Source of the DNA: a virus
Taxonomy: Duplodnaviria; Heunggongvirae; Uroviricota; Caudoviricetes
Strand: one strand, 5' to 3'
Length of the DNA: 64,000 nt
Virus record (IMG/VR): IMGVR_UViG_3300032167_000010
Shown: positions 9,458 to 20,019 of the stretch, one piece after another
Layout of the letters: each line of letters opens with the position of its first letter
Position numbering within the stretch: the stretch's first letter is position 1
The notes under the pieces: model-generated
The model's database searches: none
What the model was told of the DNA's origin: nothing
The model's input: the letters and a program-made list of their open reading frames with translations, nothing else
Program-made: the position numbers and the translations under genes

Positions 9458-12400
9458 ATGGCAAGTACAGGATTAAGCTATACGCTTATTAATAACGATA
9501 CTGAATATGAAGTAAGTGGCAAAGGATCTTGTTCTGATGACGTTATAATTATCCCTGATACATATAACGGTAAACCTGTCACAAGTATAGGCGAAGAAGC
9601 TTTTTCTAAGCGTTATTTTCAAGCTGTAGAAATTCCAAAAAGTGTAAAAAGAATAGGTGATAGTGCATTCAAATTATGCCCTACACTCAGTAGAGTAACA
9701 TTCACAACAGACAGTGCTTTAATAAGTATAGGTGCTAGCGCCTTTATGGAGTGTGAAAAGCTCGCAGACATAACTATACCAAACAGTGTAATAAGTATTG
9801 GTGATGGTGCACTCGCATATTGCTATAAATTACAGTGTAATATAGAAGGCAACCTAAAATATTTAGGAAATGAAAGTAATCCCTATTTATATTTAGAAGG
9901 ACCACAATACTTAACAATAGAATCAGCCACAATAAATTCTAGTTGCAGGTTTATAGGCTCTCATGCATTCGTGTATTGCGATGATTTAACAAGCATAACT
10001 ATACCAAACAGTATAACAAGTATAGGTGATCATGCGTTCTATGATTGCAAATCGTTAACAAGCATTGTTATTCCAGCAAGTGTAACAAGTATAGGTTCTT
10101 ATGCGTTCAATAATTGCAACTTACTCACAAGCATAGCAATTCCAGAAGGTGTAACAAGTATAGGTGATAGGGTGTTCGGTGGTTGCAGTAAATTAACAAG
10201 TATAGAAATTCCAAATAGTGTAACAAGTATAGGTAGTTCTGCGTTTTATTTTTGTACATCACTTAAAACAATAGAAATTCCAGCAAGCGTAACAAGTATA
10301 GGTAATCAGGCGTTCTATTACTGCACATCACTCACAAGTGTAACTTTTGAAGAAACCAGTCAGTTAACAAGTATAGGTTATCAGACGTTCTATAATTGCA
10401 ACTCACTTAAAACATTAGAAATTCCAGCAAGTGTAATAAATATAGGTAAAGAAGCTTTCATATACAGTGGTTTATCACGTACTGAAGAAGACGGTCTAGT
10501 CTATTTAACAGTAAATGATAATAAATATTGTATTTTAGCGAGTTCAAAATCAGCAAGTTTATCATCAAACACTACTATTAATATAAATACAAAATATATT
10601 ATGCCGGCTGCATTTACTGGGTGTACTTCGTTAAAAAGAATAGAAATTCAGAAGAATGTTATAAGTATAGGCGAAGAAGCCTTTTATGAATGTACTAACT
10701 TAGAAGTGGTCGTAATACAGTCTAGTAAAATAATAAGCATAGGTAGTAAAACTTTCTATAATTGTAAGGCACTTACTAGCATAACTACCCTTAACTCTGT
10801 AACAAGTATAGGTAATGATGCATTCTATAATTGCAACTCACTCACAACAGCTCCATTTGGAAAAAATAGTCAGTTAAAACACATTGGTGCTAGTGCATTC
10901 TATTATTGTGAAAGCTTAACAAGTATAACAATTCCAGAAGGCGTAACAAGTATAGGTGATTTTGCGTTCCTTAGGTGCCATTCGTTAACACAAATTAATT
11001 TCAATGCAAAAGATTGTGCAGATTTAAGGTCAAGTAGCAGGGTATTTGAGGAAGCAGGAAAAAATGGAACAGGAATAACTGTAACATTTGGAGAAAACAT
11101 AGAAAAAGTAATAAAAATCCCAGCATATTTATTCTATCAAGGTAGCGGTATTTATTATGCACCAAAAATAACAAATGTAATAATTGGAAAATGTGTAACA
11201 GGTATTGGTAATTATGCGTTTGAGTATTGCCCAGCACTCACAAACGTTACATTTGAAAAAGGTAGTCAGTTAACAAGTGTAGGTGAACATGCGTTCGAAA
11301 ATTGCATAGCACTTAAAGCAATAGAAATACCGGCAAGTGTAACAAGTATAGGTAATTCTGTGTTCAAAGGTTGCAGTAGTTTGACAAGAATGACCTTACC
11401 TTTTATTGGAGCAAACAAAATTAAAACAGCGCTTAGTGGATATGATACGGTTTTTGGCTATATATTTGGTTTTAAGACATCAACCAGTCCTTCCACTATA
11501 AGCGGAGCTACTTATCAATACTGTAATGGTTCTGGCACTGAGTACTATCATTACTATATACCTACGAGTATAAAATCAGTAACAATAACTGGTGGAGAAA
11601 GTATTAGCTATGATGCATTCTATAATTGCAGCTGGTTAACAAGTATAGTAATACCAAATACAATAACAAGTATAGGTAATCATGCGTTCTATAATTGTGC
11701 GTCACTCGCAGATATAATCATACCAAATAGTGTAGAAAGTATTGGCACATCTGTGTTTGAAGATTGTACTTCTTTAGTAGGTGTAATTATAGGAGACAGT
11801 GTAAAAGGCTTAGACTCTGATATATTCGCTGGCTGCAATAAATTAGCTAATGTTGTAATGGGCAGTAGTGTAACAAGTATAGGTCAACAGGCTTTTAAGG
11901 ATTGTAACTCACTAATAAGTGTGGTGATTGCTGAAGCCACAACAGATATAGCACCGGAAGCATTTAGTGGCTGTAGTTCACTAATAAGTGTGGTATTGCA
12001 AGGTGAAACACCTCCTACTGTGCATGACGACTCTTTTTCACATACTAATGAAAATATCAAATTTTACTGTTATTCAGAATCCCTAACAGATTATAAAAAT
12101 AGTTGGGTGCATTATAAAGATAACCTTATAGGTGATTCTCTAAAAGTTTCTTTTGCTAATAGTGCTAACGCACAAAAAAAATATTTTACTTCTCGAGACG
12201 AAGTCAGAGCTAAAATAGCAGAACTAGTACTAAGAATAAAGGCTTTAGATTCTTCTTCTAGTGTTGATGAAGACCGTTTAAACTCTTTGGTCGCTTATGA
12301 GAATGACGCCAATTGGGACGCATACTTAGCTAACCTTACAGGCGAGTCTTTAGACGTTTCTTTTGCTTATAGCGCGGATGCTCAGAAAAAATACTTCATT

Positions 12401-12469
12401 TCTCAAGAAGAGGCCAACGCTATAATAGCAGAACTAGAAGCTAGAATAGCAGCTTTAGCTAGCTCTTAA
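9458..12469 (+). CDS. BspA/TpLRR-family leucine-rich-repeat protein
   Basis: Many (I)PxSVTSIGxxAFxxCxxL repeats; C-terminal helical tail. Confidence 0.9.
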   Translation: MASTGLSYTLINNDTEYEVSGKGSCSDDVIIIPDTYNGKPVTSIGEEAFSKRYFQAVEIPKSVKRIGDSAFKLCPTLSRVTFTTDSALISIGASAFMECEKLADITIPNSVISIGDGALAYCYKLQCNIEGNLKYLGNESNPYLYLEGPQYLTIESATINSSCRFIGSHAFVYCDDLTSITIPNSITSIGDHAFYDCKSLTSIVIPASVTSIGSYAFNNCNLLTSIAIPEGVTSIGDRVFGGCSKLTSIEIPNSVTSIGSSAFYFCTSLKTIEIPASVTSIGNQAFYYCTSLTSVTFEETSQLTSIGYQTFYNCNSLKTLEIPASVINIGKEAFIYSGLSRTEEDGLVYLTVNDNKYCILASSKSASLSSNTTININTKYIMPAAFTGCTSLKRIEIQKNVISIGEEAFYECTNLEVVVIQSSKIISIGSKTFYNCKALTSITTLNSVTSIGNDAFYNCNSLTTAPFGKNSQLKHIGASAFYYCESLTSITIPEGVTSIGDFAFLRCHSLTQINFNAKDCADLRSSSRVFEEAGKNGTGITVTFGENIEKVIKIPAYLFYQGSGIYYAPKITNVIIGKCVTGIGNYAFEYCPALTNVTFEKGSQLTSVGEHAFENCIALKAIEIPASVTSIGNSVFKGCSSLTRMTLPFIGANKIKTALSGYDTVFGYIFGFKTSTSPSTISGATYQYCNGSGTEYYHYYIPTSIKSVTITGGESISYDAFYNCSWLTSIVIPNTITSIGNHAFYNCASLADIIIPNSVESIGTSVFEDCTSLVGVIIGDSVKGLDSDIFAGCNKLANVVMGSSVTSIGQQAFKDCNSLISVVIAEATTDIAPEAFSGCSSLISVVLQGETPPTVHDDSFSHTNENIKFYCYSESLTDYKNSWVHYKDNLIGDSLKVSFANSANAQKKYFTSRDEVRAKIAELVLRIKALDSSSSVDEDRLNSLVAYENDANWDAYLANLTGESLDVSFAYSADAQKKYFISQEEANAIIAELEARIAALASS

Positions 12470-12532
12470 AGTAAGGAGTAGAGTAAATGATAAGACATAA
12501 TATAAAATTAAAAGGTAAATTGGTGATTAATT

Positions 12533-13765
12533 ATGGCAGTAAAGAATATTAAAACAAGAATACAAAATAAGCATGATACCGAAGCTAACTGGCAACAAGC
12601 TACGAATTTCGTACCAATGGCTGGTGAAATAATCGTGTATGATGCTGACAGTACATATAGTTACGAGCGCTTTAAAATCGGTGATGGAAAAACTTTGGTT
12701 ATGAACCTGCCTTTTGCAGGAGGTGTTGATGAAACATCAGTTAAATTGTCAAGTGATTTATATACTTATACAGCTATCGGAAAAATTACAAGCGCGTCTA
12801 ATACAAGCCCTTACAAAGTGGCATCTAAAGGCGATACGCTAAAAACCGTTTTCAATACTGTATTTGGCACTCAACAAGACCAACAGCCTGCTATTACTAC
12901 AAGTAATGTAAATCTAAGTGTAGCTGCTGGAACTACTTCTTATGGTGGAGGTGAATATGGAACGACTGTAGCAAGCACCGATGTAACTATTACATTTACC
13001 CTAAATAATTCTGGTACTGCTCAGTATGGATATAGATGTGGCGCTACTAAAACTACAGGCAGTCAAACATTCTATTATCCCGTTACAAAACAAAATAATG
13101 CAGATATTAAAATTACGTTACCATCAGGAAAAACAGCTTCCGTAACAGCTGGTACTCTTGTGGCTACAAATAGTAATATACTTTATTGTAATTTTAATAG
13201 CAGTAAACAAGTTAAAATTAAAATTTCTCTAGCAGCTGGAAGCGTCACTACCAGTTCGCAGACACGCTATGGTCAAATTACGGGTGAAGTTACACTCGGT
13301 GCGGCTCAAAAAGAAAATCAGTTAACGAGTGGAACGCCTATTACTAAATTCTTAACTTATTTAGGTAGTGATGCCACTAATACAAGTGCTTTAAGTGGTG
13401 GAAATAAATCAAATACAGCTGGAAGTTATACTATTTCTGCGGGTTCTTATTCGCCTTATTATCTTGCAAGCACTTCTAGTAGCTTAGCATCAGTTGCAAA
13501 AAATGTCGCTACTAAATATACTTCTGGGGCGGTTAGTGTTACCTGCAGTGAACCTAGTTATATTTGGTTTTTGCTCGCACCTGGCACTAGCGGAACCAAA
13601 ACTATTCAATACGAAGCTCTCGGTCAATGGTACGAATTTAATGGTGGTACTACCGGTCCAGTAGACGTAACCCTTACACTAGACAGTGGCGCAACTGTAA
13701 CTTATAAAGGTTACCGTACCAATAAACAGGCGGCGGCAGGAACAACTTCATTTAAAATTGTTTAA
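12533..13765 (+). CDS. Tail/head fibre protein with N-terminal Mtd_N-like domain
   Basis: TEANW..GEIIVYD..RFKIGDG..LPF followed by Thr/Ser/Gly-rich beta domains. Confidence 0.65.
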   Translation: MAVKNIKTRIQNKHDTEANWQQATNFVPMAGEIIVYDADSTYSYERFKIGDGKTLVMNLPFAGGVDETSVKLSSDLYTYTAIGKITSASNTSPYKVASKGDTLKTVFNTVFGTQQDQQPAITTSNVNLSVAAGTTSYGGGEYGTTVASTDVTITFTLNNSGTAQYGYRCGATKTTGSQTFYYPVTKQNNADIKITLPSGKTASVTAGTLVATNSNILYCNFNSSKQVKIKISLAAGSVTTSSQTRYGQITGEVTLGAAQKENQLTSGTPITKFLTYLGSDATNTSALSGGNKSNTAGSYTISAGSYSPYYLASTSSSLASVAKNVATKYTSGAVSVTCSEPSYIWFLLAPGTSGTKTIQYEALGQWYEFNGGTTGPVDVTLTLDSGATVTYKGYRTNKQAAAGTTSFKIV

Positions 13766-13781
13766 TAGGAGAATATAAATT

Positions 13782-16232
13782 ATGTCAGAATTAAAATTAG
13801 GTAATATTAAACCTGTTGGTGCGGATAACGTTGTTGTTGAAAGCAAGTATGTTAAAGGTGGTTATGTTGTTGTTACCTCCACTACAGAACGCGACGCACT
13901 AAAGGGTGCTAACGGCGAGAATATTATAAATGGCTCGCTTTGTTACTGCACTGCAGATTCTAAATTTTATCAATATAACGGGACAACTTGGGCGGAAAAA
14001 GAATTCGGCACTACAACTGAAGCTACTACCTCCGCAGCAGGTTTAATGTCAGCTGCAGATAAAGAGAACTTAGATATTATTGTAGATTCTTTTAATAGTG
14101 ATGATGCTAATACAACCATTGATACTATTAAAGAAGTATTACAAGCTTTTGAGAGCGCCCCAGAGGGTACAAATATAGCTAATGTATTAGCTGGCAAAGC
14201 TGATGCTAACCATAATCACGATAATGCTTATGCACCTATAGATCACGATCATAATCATAACCATGACGATAGATATTCTCAACTTGGTCATAACCATGAT
14301 GATAGATATACTACTAATCTTAAAAATGGTGAAGGTTCTAATTCTTTAACTTTTACTCAGACAGATTCGGAAATTTCATATAAAAATGGAAATATCGTTT
14401 TTACTCCTCCCCAAAGCAGTACTAGTGATACTTTCTCCACTAGCACTAAGGGCAAAGGAGCACTAAATCTTACTTTTATTGGAAAAACGGATAGAAATCA
14501 TTTTTTAAATCTTGGCAATCAAAATATAGTTGAATATTCCGCAAAAGAAAACAATGATCTTATTAGTGCAAATAACAAAAATAATACAACTTTTACTCTT
14601 CAAGAAAATGAACCAGACGATGGTGGCGTAATTGCTGGTTATAAACATTACTCAAATTCTAGAGGCACTAGCTTATTTGGTGCTTGGAATAGAGCATTAA
14701 CATCTACTACAGCTTCAAAACAATCTTTTATCGGCGGTTATAGAAACACACTTTTTGATTCTCAATATCATATAATGCATGGTAATAATAATTATGCAGA
14801 GAAGAGTACAGATGGTGCTACCTTTGGTTTTGGTTTAAACAATCCATACAGTTATGCAACTGTAATAGGTAAATATAACTCTCCCAAGGACTGGGCTAAG
14901 TATAGGACTGACAATGCTATTAATGGTAGTCCTTTATTTGTTGTTGGTAAGGGTGCAACATCACCTGTTTATAATGTAGAAATTATAAGTACAGCTGACT
15001 ATACTTTATCTGACTTAGAGAATGAAGCAATTGCAGGAGAAGTTGCTGTTCATACTAGTGTTAGTAGCTTAGACTTGGCTGCTAAGGTTAAGCACAATAT
15101 TGAGCATAAAGATGATACCGCTGCTGGTGAAGACTTATATTATAGTGAAGTGACATTAACAAAAAATGCTAAAACTGGCGTGATAACGGTTAGCACTCAA
15201 TTTGATAAGTTAATCACAGACGCCAATGCGTCGTATACTCATATTTATAAGAAAACTATAAGTAGCCGTTCGAATGCTTTTGTGCTTACTGATCAAGCTA
15301 GGGCATTTTTAAATAGAGAAGGTAGACCGAAAGACACCCTTTTAGATAAGGAAGTGTTAATAGGTGCAGATTTGACAGAATATGATAGACAAAGACGTGC
15401 AAATGCAAATCTCTTAACTGAGCTTAAAGACTTAGAAAGAGATTTAGAAAATAAAATTATTTGTACTTTTAATATTACAGAGTCAAATAGCAACGTAAGC
15501 TTTAGCGTAAGCAACAAAGAATATGTAAACTGGGGCGATGGCACTATATCTATCGCGGGTAAAGATGATACCGGTTCGCATATCTATAAAAATCCAGGTG
15601 AATATACTTGTATTATTAGTGGAACTTCTGCTGGACTTAGTTTTCCACAATTTGCGTTTAGAAACTGCTCTGCGTTAAAGCATGTTATAGTTAAAGGTGT
15701 TAATGTCATTGCTTTTGGCGCATTTACCGGGTGTGTTAACTTAGAAAGTGTCATAATTGGTAAAAATGTCAGTGTACTTGAGGATAGAGCATTTGAAAAT
15801 TGCAGTAACTTAAAAACTGTAACTATACAAGGCGCAACCTCTATAAGGTCAGCCGTATTTAGCGGTTGTATTTCACTTGATACAATAATAATTGAATCAG
15901 CAGGCGTTGGCCTTAGCTCAATTGGGGCTTTACCAGATAATTTAAATAAAATAATTGTACCCACCGGTGAACTTTCTAATTACAGAAAAACAGCATCAAA
16001 CTGGAGCTTAGCAGCTGACAAAATTATAGGCGCGGTAGACCCTGGTTATTTGACAGAAACGCTCACAGATTATCAACGTAAGATAACAGTAAATCCAACA
16101 GGTACAACATCACATTCAGTATCAAAATTAAAAATTGACGGTACTATCTATAATATTTATGACTCTGGTGCTATAAGATCTTTAAATTTTGCAACTGAAG
16201 ACGACATAAAATCAATTTTTTGGGGGAATTAA
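13782..16232 (+). CDS. Fibre protein with HxH repeats, WGDG (PKD-like) domain and BspA LRRs
   Basis: NHNHD..HNHDDRY repeats, VNWGDG motif, AFxxCxxL repeats. Confidence 0.7.
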   Translation: MSELKLGNIKPVGADNVVVESKYVKGGYVVVTSTTERDALKGANGENIINGSLCYCTADSKFYQYNGTTWAEKEFGTTTEATTSAAGLMSAADKENLDIIVDSFNSDDANTTIDTIKEVLQAFESAPEGTNIANVLAGKADANHNHDNAYAPIDHDHNHNHDDRYSQLGHNHDDRYTTNLKNGEGSNSLTFTQTDSEISYKNGNIVFTPPQSSTSDTFSTSTKGKGALNLTFIGKTDRNHFLNLGNQNIVEYSAKENNDLISANNKNNTTFTLQENEPDDGGVIAGYKHYSNSRGTSLFGAWNRALTSTTASKQSFIGGYRNTLFDSQYHIMHGNNNYAEKSTDGATFGFGLNNPYSYATVIGKYNSPKDWAKYRTDNAINGSPLFVVGKGATSPVYNVEIISTADYTLSDLENEAIAGEVAVHTSVSSLDLAAKVKHNIEHKDDTAAGEDLYYSEVTLTKNAKTGVITVSTQFDKLITDANASYTHIYKKTISSRSNAFVLTDQARAFLNREGRPKDTLLDKEVLIGADLTEYDRQRRANANLLTELKDLERDLENKIICTFNITESNSNVSFSVSNKEYVNWGDGTISIAGKDDTGSHIYKNPGEYTCIISGTSAGLSFPQFAFRNCSALKHVIVKGVNVIAFGAFTGCVNLESVIIGKNVSVLEDRAFENCSNLKTVTIQGATSIRSAVFSGCISLDTIIIESAGVGLSSIGALPDNLNKIIVPTGELSNYRKTASNWSLAADKIIGAVDPGYLTETLTDYQRKITVNPTGTTSHSVSKLKIDGTIYNIYDSGAIRSLNFATEDDIKSIFWGN

Positions 16233-16235
16233 TTA

Positions 16236-17159
16236 ATGCCAAATAGTAAAGTAATTAATTTAGCAAGACTACAGAATTATGACGCACAAAGACGTGCTCA
16301 TTTAGCAACTGAATTAAGAGAATTAGAAAAAAATTTAGAAACTAAATTTATTTGTGTTTTTAATATTACCGCGGCTAATACACCAGTAACTTTTAATATA
16401 ACAGGCAAGAGTAGTGTAGATTGGGGAGACGGTAGTATTAATACTGATGGTCCTGGCATGGCATCACATACCTACGCTAATCCAGGTGAATATATTTGTA
16501 TTATCAGTAGTGAGTCAAGTTTAACGCTAAACCAAGATGCATTTAAAGACTGTTCGGCTCTGAAACAAGTTATAATTAGAAGCACTAGTGCTGTTAGTCA
16601 TGGGGCATTCTCTGGATGTACTAACTTAGAGAGTGCTGTAGTAGGTGATAGTGTAACAAGTATAAAAGATTATGCGTTCAAAGATTGTAGTTCTCTCAAC
16701 ACCATAACAGTTAATGCTACAAATGCTACTTTAGCTTCTTCAGCTTTGTCAGTGACTTTGATAAATTTAACAAAAATAATTGTGCCTATCGACTATGTAG
16801 ATGCATATAAAACTAAAACAAACTGGGCACAGTTTGCAGATAAAATAATAGGCATAGTAGACACTAAATATTTAAAAGAAAAAATTGGCCAAACAAAAAC
16901 AGAACTCGAAGCGGCAGATGCTGCAAACAAGACAGAATTACTTGGTAAAATTGCAACACTTGAGGCTGCTTTAACTAATGTAAACAATTTTATTGGCGGC
17001 GATAGTAGTGTTGACTACACTGGGTTTAGTACGCTTTTCCAAACAAGAATAGATGATGCTCTTGAAACAACTTCTAACGAAGTTGTTGGTGCTATAAACG
17101 AGTTAAATAGCCAAATTAGTGATCTAGATTTAGAGTTTTTTGGTTTACTATACAATTAG
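16236..17159 (+). CDS. WGDG domain + BspA LRR protein, paralogue of the 13782 C-terminus
   Basis: YDAQRRAHLATELRELEKNLE aligns with YDRQRRANANLLTELKDLERDLE; LRR repeats. Confidence 0.75.
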   Translation: MPNSKVINLARLQNYDAQRRAHLATELRELEKNLETKFICVFNITAANTPVTFNITGKSSVDWGDGSINTDGPGMASHTYANPGEYICIISSESSLTLNQDAFKDCSALKQVIIRSTSAVSHGAFSGCTNLESAVVGDSVTSIKDYAFKDCSSLNTITVNATNATLASSALSVTLINLTKIIVPIDYVDAYKTKTNWAQFADKIIGIVDTKYLKEKIGQTKTELEAADAANKTELLGKIATLEAALTNVNNFIGGDSSVDYTGFSTLFQTRIDDALETTSNEVVGAINELNSQISDLDLEFFGLLYN

Positions 17160-17178
17160 TTAAGGAGATTTTATTATA

Positions 17179-17412
17179 ATGAAAAACAATAACATAATAG
17201 TAATAACAGCGGATGAAGGTAAGGTTTTTAGAAGAATTGCCGACGGTCAAATATATGGACGTAAAATTAGCTTAGGATATTCTTATTTTATCGGCGGTGT
17301 TAAATTAACTGAACCACACTTAGATATCCCTGAAGATTTTGAACAAATCGATGACCCAGAATTAAGCATAGCTAAAGAGCTTGACTTAGTAGATGAAGTT
17401 GCTGAACAATAA
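17179..17412 (+). CDS. Small hypothetical protein of the fibre module
   Basis: 77 aa, AAGGAG RBS. Confidence 0.6.
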   Translation: MKNNNIIVITADEGKVFRRIADGQIYGRKISLGYSYFIGGVKLTEPHLDIPEDFEQIDDPELSIAKELDLVDEVAEQ

Positions 17413-17441
17413 TTAATTAAATTTAGGAGTAGTGAATAATT

Positions 17442-19937
17442 ATGACATATAGTAATGAATGGATATATGATAATGCTAGCAACCTTATATTTGAGGAGCT
17501 TGGTGGCGATGCCTTCTTTGAAACCTATTATGCTGTGGTTGGCTATTTTAATGATCCAACCTGGATAAGCTTACCTGAAATGTATACTGATGAGCGCGGT
17601 CATTCGTATCCTGTGTGTATAAGAGATGGAGCATTTGAAAACTGTACCTCACTTAAAACCGTATATATACCTCACACTGCAGATATCGGCATGGCACAAC
17701 TTCCAGTGGCTTATATGGGTCAGGGGGTGTTTAATGGCTGTACAAACTTAGCTAACATATACTGTGCTGATAACGCCAGTGATGACAACTTACCAGCGGG
17801 TTGGCCAAGTAACTGGAAAGGCACTACTGGTGGCGGTAAGGACAGTAATGGTCGCACTATTGTAACTCAAGTACATTGGGATTACCTTAATGAATCGAGT
17901 GGTTTTGATGATCCAGAAGTGTGGGAGGATGACTATTTAATATACGAACCAATAGATGAGGCTACTTGTGCCGTTTCTGGTTTTAAAGACAATACAGCTG
18001 CTTTAGTTATACCAAGCAGTTTTAATGGTAGATTTGTAACAGTTATATATGATGCAGCGTTCTATGGTTATGAATCACTCACAAGCGTAGTACTAGGAAA
18101 TAAGGTAGAACTTATTGGCGGGAGTGCTTTTGAGAATTGCAGTGCGCTAGAGACTGTGATTATGCCTAATAGTGTGACTGAAATAGGTATGGCGGCGTTC
18201 AGTGGCTGTACTTCACTTAAAACACTAAAAATTCCAGATAGTGTTACAAATATTGGCGAACTTGCATTTTCGAATTGTTCTTCTCTTACAAGTATAGAAA
18301 TTCCTTCTGGAGTAGAAACGATATATGTGGGTACATTTTCATATCTATCATCGCTTAAAAAGATAATATTATCAAACGGTATAAAAAAAATATGTTCTAA
18401 CGCATTTGAAGAGTGTCATTCTCTTGTAGAAATTCGTATTCCAAACAGTGTGGAAGAAATAGAGTTTGGTGCGTTTGTAAATTGTAACTCGCTAATAAAG
18501 ATGACTATACCTTTTGTTGGTAATAAGTATAATAATACAAAAAACGGGTTTTTTGGCTATATTTTTGGTGCTGAGGGATATGCTGATAACAGTAATTGTG
18601 TCCCAGAATCATTAAAAACAGTTATAGTCGGTAGTAAGAAAAATATAGGCCAACAGGCGTTTAGGGGTTGTAATTCAATTGAGACTATATCACTCTCGGA
18701 TGATTTAACTGAGATATCCACGTACGCCTTCTACGGGTGTTCTTCACTAAAAAGTATAAATATCCCAGAAAGCTTAACATCTATAGGTCAACAAGTATTT
18801 CAATTATGTAGTTCACTTTTAGATATAGTAATTCCAGATGGTGTAACAAGTATAGGTCAACAGGCTTTTAAGGATTGTAGCTCATTGGAAAGTGTAGAAA
18901 TTCCAGCAAGCGTAACAACTATAGGTTCTAATACATTTAATGGCTGCACGTCACTTACAAAGGTAAATTACACAGGAACAATAGATCAGTGGGCGCAAAT
19001 AAGTTTTGGTAATGCGGTGGCAAACCCGCTATATTACGCTAACAACCTATATATAAATAATGAATTAGTAACAGAGATAGTATTATCGGTAGAGACAATT
19101 ACTAAATATGGTTTTTATAACTGTACATCTTTAATAGACATAGTTATAGCTGACTCTGTTAAAACTATTAGTGGTTATGCCTTTATGGGTTGTGAGTCAG
19201 CAACAAGCATAACAATAGGAAATAATGTAAGAACTATAGGTGGTTATGCCTTTAAAGACTGTAAATCATTAACATGCATTGTTATTCCAGAAAGCGTAAC
19301 AAGCATTGCTGTAGATGTATTCACGGGGTGTGATTCTTTGTTGGGGATAATAATGCTACCTAGTACTCCACCACATTTTGGTGCCAGTACGATTGATGCG
19401 GCAAAAGTTAAATTTTACTGTGTCACAAAGTCATTGATTGATGAATATAAGAAAAGCACCAACTTTAACACGTATGCTTTTATGGTATATGATATGAGAC
19501 TGTATTTTATGCTTAACTCTCAAGCACAAAAAACACACACTGAAAAGCGTATTAATGCTGCAACTTCAAATATTAATTATACACAACTTTACCGTCACAA
19601 TATTGCTATTGGTTTTTTGCCAGAAAGTGCTGAATATATATCAGGTATTGCTGGTTTTAACTTAAGATGCATATCGCTTAGTGCTAAGCCCTTTAACAGT
19701 ATATACAATGCGTTAGAAATAGTTCAAGCACAAGGATTTGGTGCATTAGCTGTTTTATCTGTTGATCGTTTATCAGCGGACGGTGTAAGTATAATAAATA
19801 ACGCAAATGTTTATACAAATCTTATAGATATGAACGGCCTTTTTATGACTAACCAAAATGGCAAAATCACTCTTGTGAATGAGATTTGGAATAAAATAGA
19901 TCTGGCTAGTGTTTATGATGATGTTACTCCATTATAA
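17442..19937 (+). CDS. BspA/TpLRR-family leucine-rich-repeat protein
   Basis: Numerous IPxSVTxIGxxAFxxC repeats. Confidence 0.9.
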   Translation: MTYSNEWIYDNASNLIFEELGGDAFFETYYAVVGYFNDPTWISLPEMYTDERGHSYPVCIRDGAFENCTSLKTVYIPHTADIGMAQLPVAYMGQGVFNGCTNLANIYCADNASDDNLPAGWPSNWKGTTGGGKDSNGRTIVTQVHWDYLNESSGFDDPEVWEDDYLIYEPIDEATCAVSGFKDNTAALVIPSSFNGRFVTVIYDAAFYGYESLTSVVLGNKVELIGGSAFENCSALETVIMPNSVTEIGMAAFSGCTSLKTLKIPDSVTNIGELAFSNCSSLTSIEIPSGVETIYVGTFSYLSSLKKIILSNGIKKICSNAFEECHSLVEIRIPNSVEEIEFGAFVNCNSLIKMTIPFVGNKYNNTKNGFFGYIFGAEGYADNSNCVPESLKTVIVGSKKNIGQQAFRGCNSIETISLSDDLTEISTYAFYGCSSLKSINIPESLTSIGQQVFQLCSSLLDIVIPDGVTSIGQQAFKDCSSLESVEIPASVTTIGSNTFNGCTSLTKVNYTGTIDQWAQISFGNAVANPLYYANNLYINNELVTEIVLSVETITKYGFYNCTSLIDIVIADSVKTISGYAFMGCESATSITIGNNVRTIGGYAFKDCKSLTCIVIPESVTSIAVDVFTGCDSLLGIIMLPSTPPHFGASTIDAAKVKFYCVTKSLIDEYKKSTNFNTYAFMVYDMRLYFMLNSQAQKTHTEKRINAATSNINYTQLYRHNIAIGFLPESAEYISGIAGFNLRCISLSAKPFNSIYNALEIVQAQGFGALAVLSVDRLSADGVSIINNANVYTNLIDMNGLFMTNQNGKITLVNEIWNKIDLASVYDDVTPL

Positions 19938-20019
19938 TATCCATTATAATATTCTTAAAGATTTTTGAACAAATTAACAAAGCTATAGAAATTTTTTCTA
20001 AAGCTGGAGGTGATAAATA

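Noticed and set aside
10082-11906. CRISPR-like array of 15-nt repeats
   Set aside because: The repeats are in-frame VTSIG codons of LRR units; no cas genes are present.
19929-19952. 12-nt tandem duplication CCATTATAATAT at a gene end
   Set aside because: A single short duplication, consistent with slippage; no inversion or integrase context.
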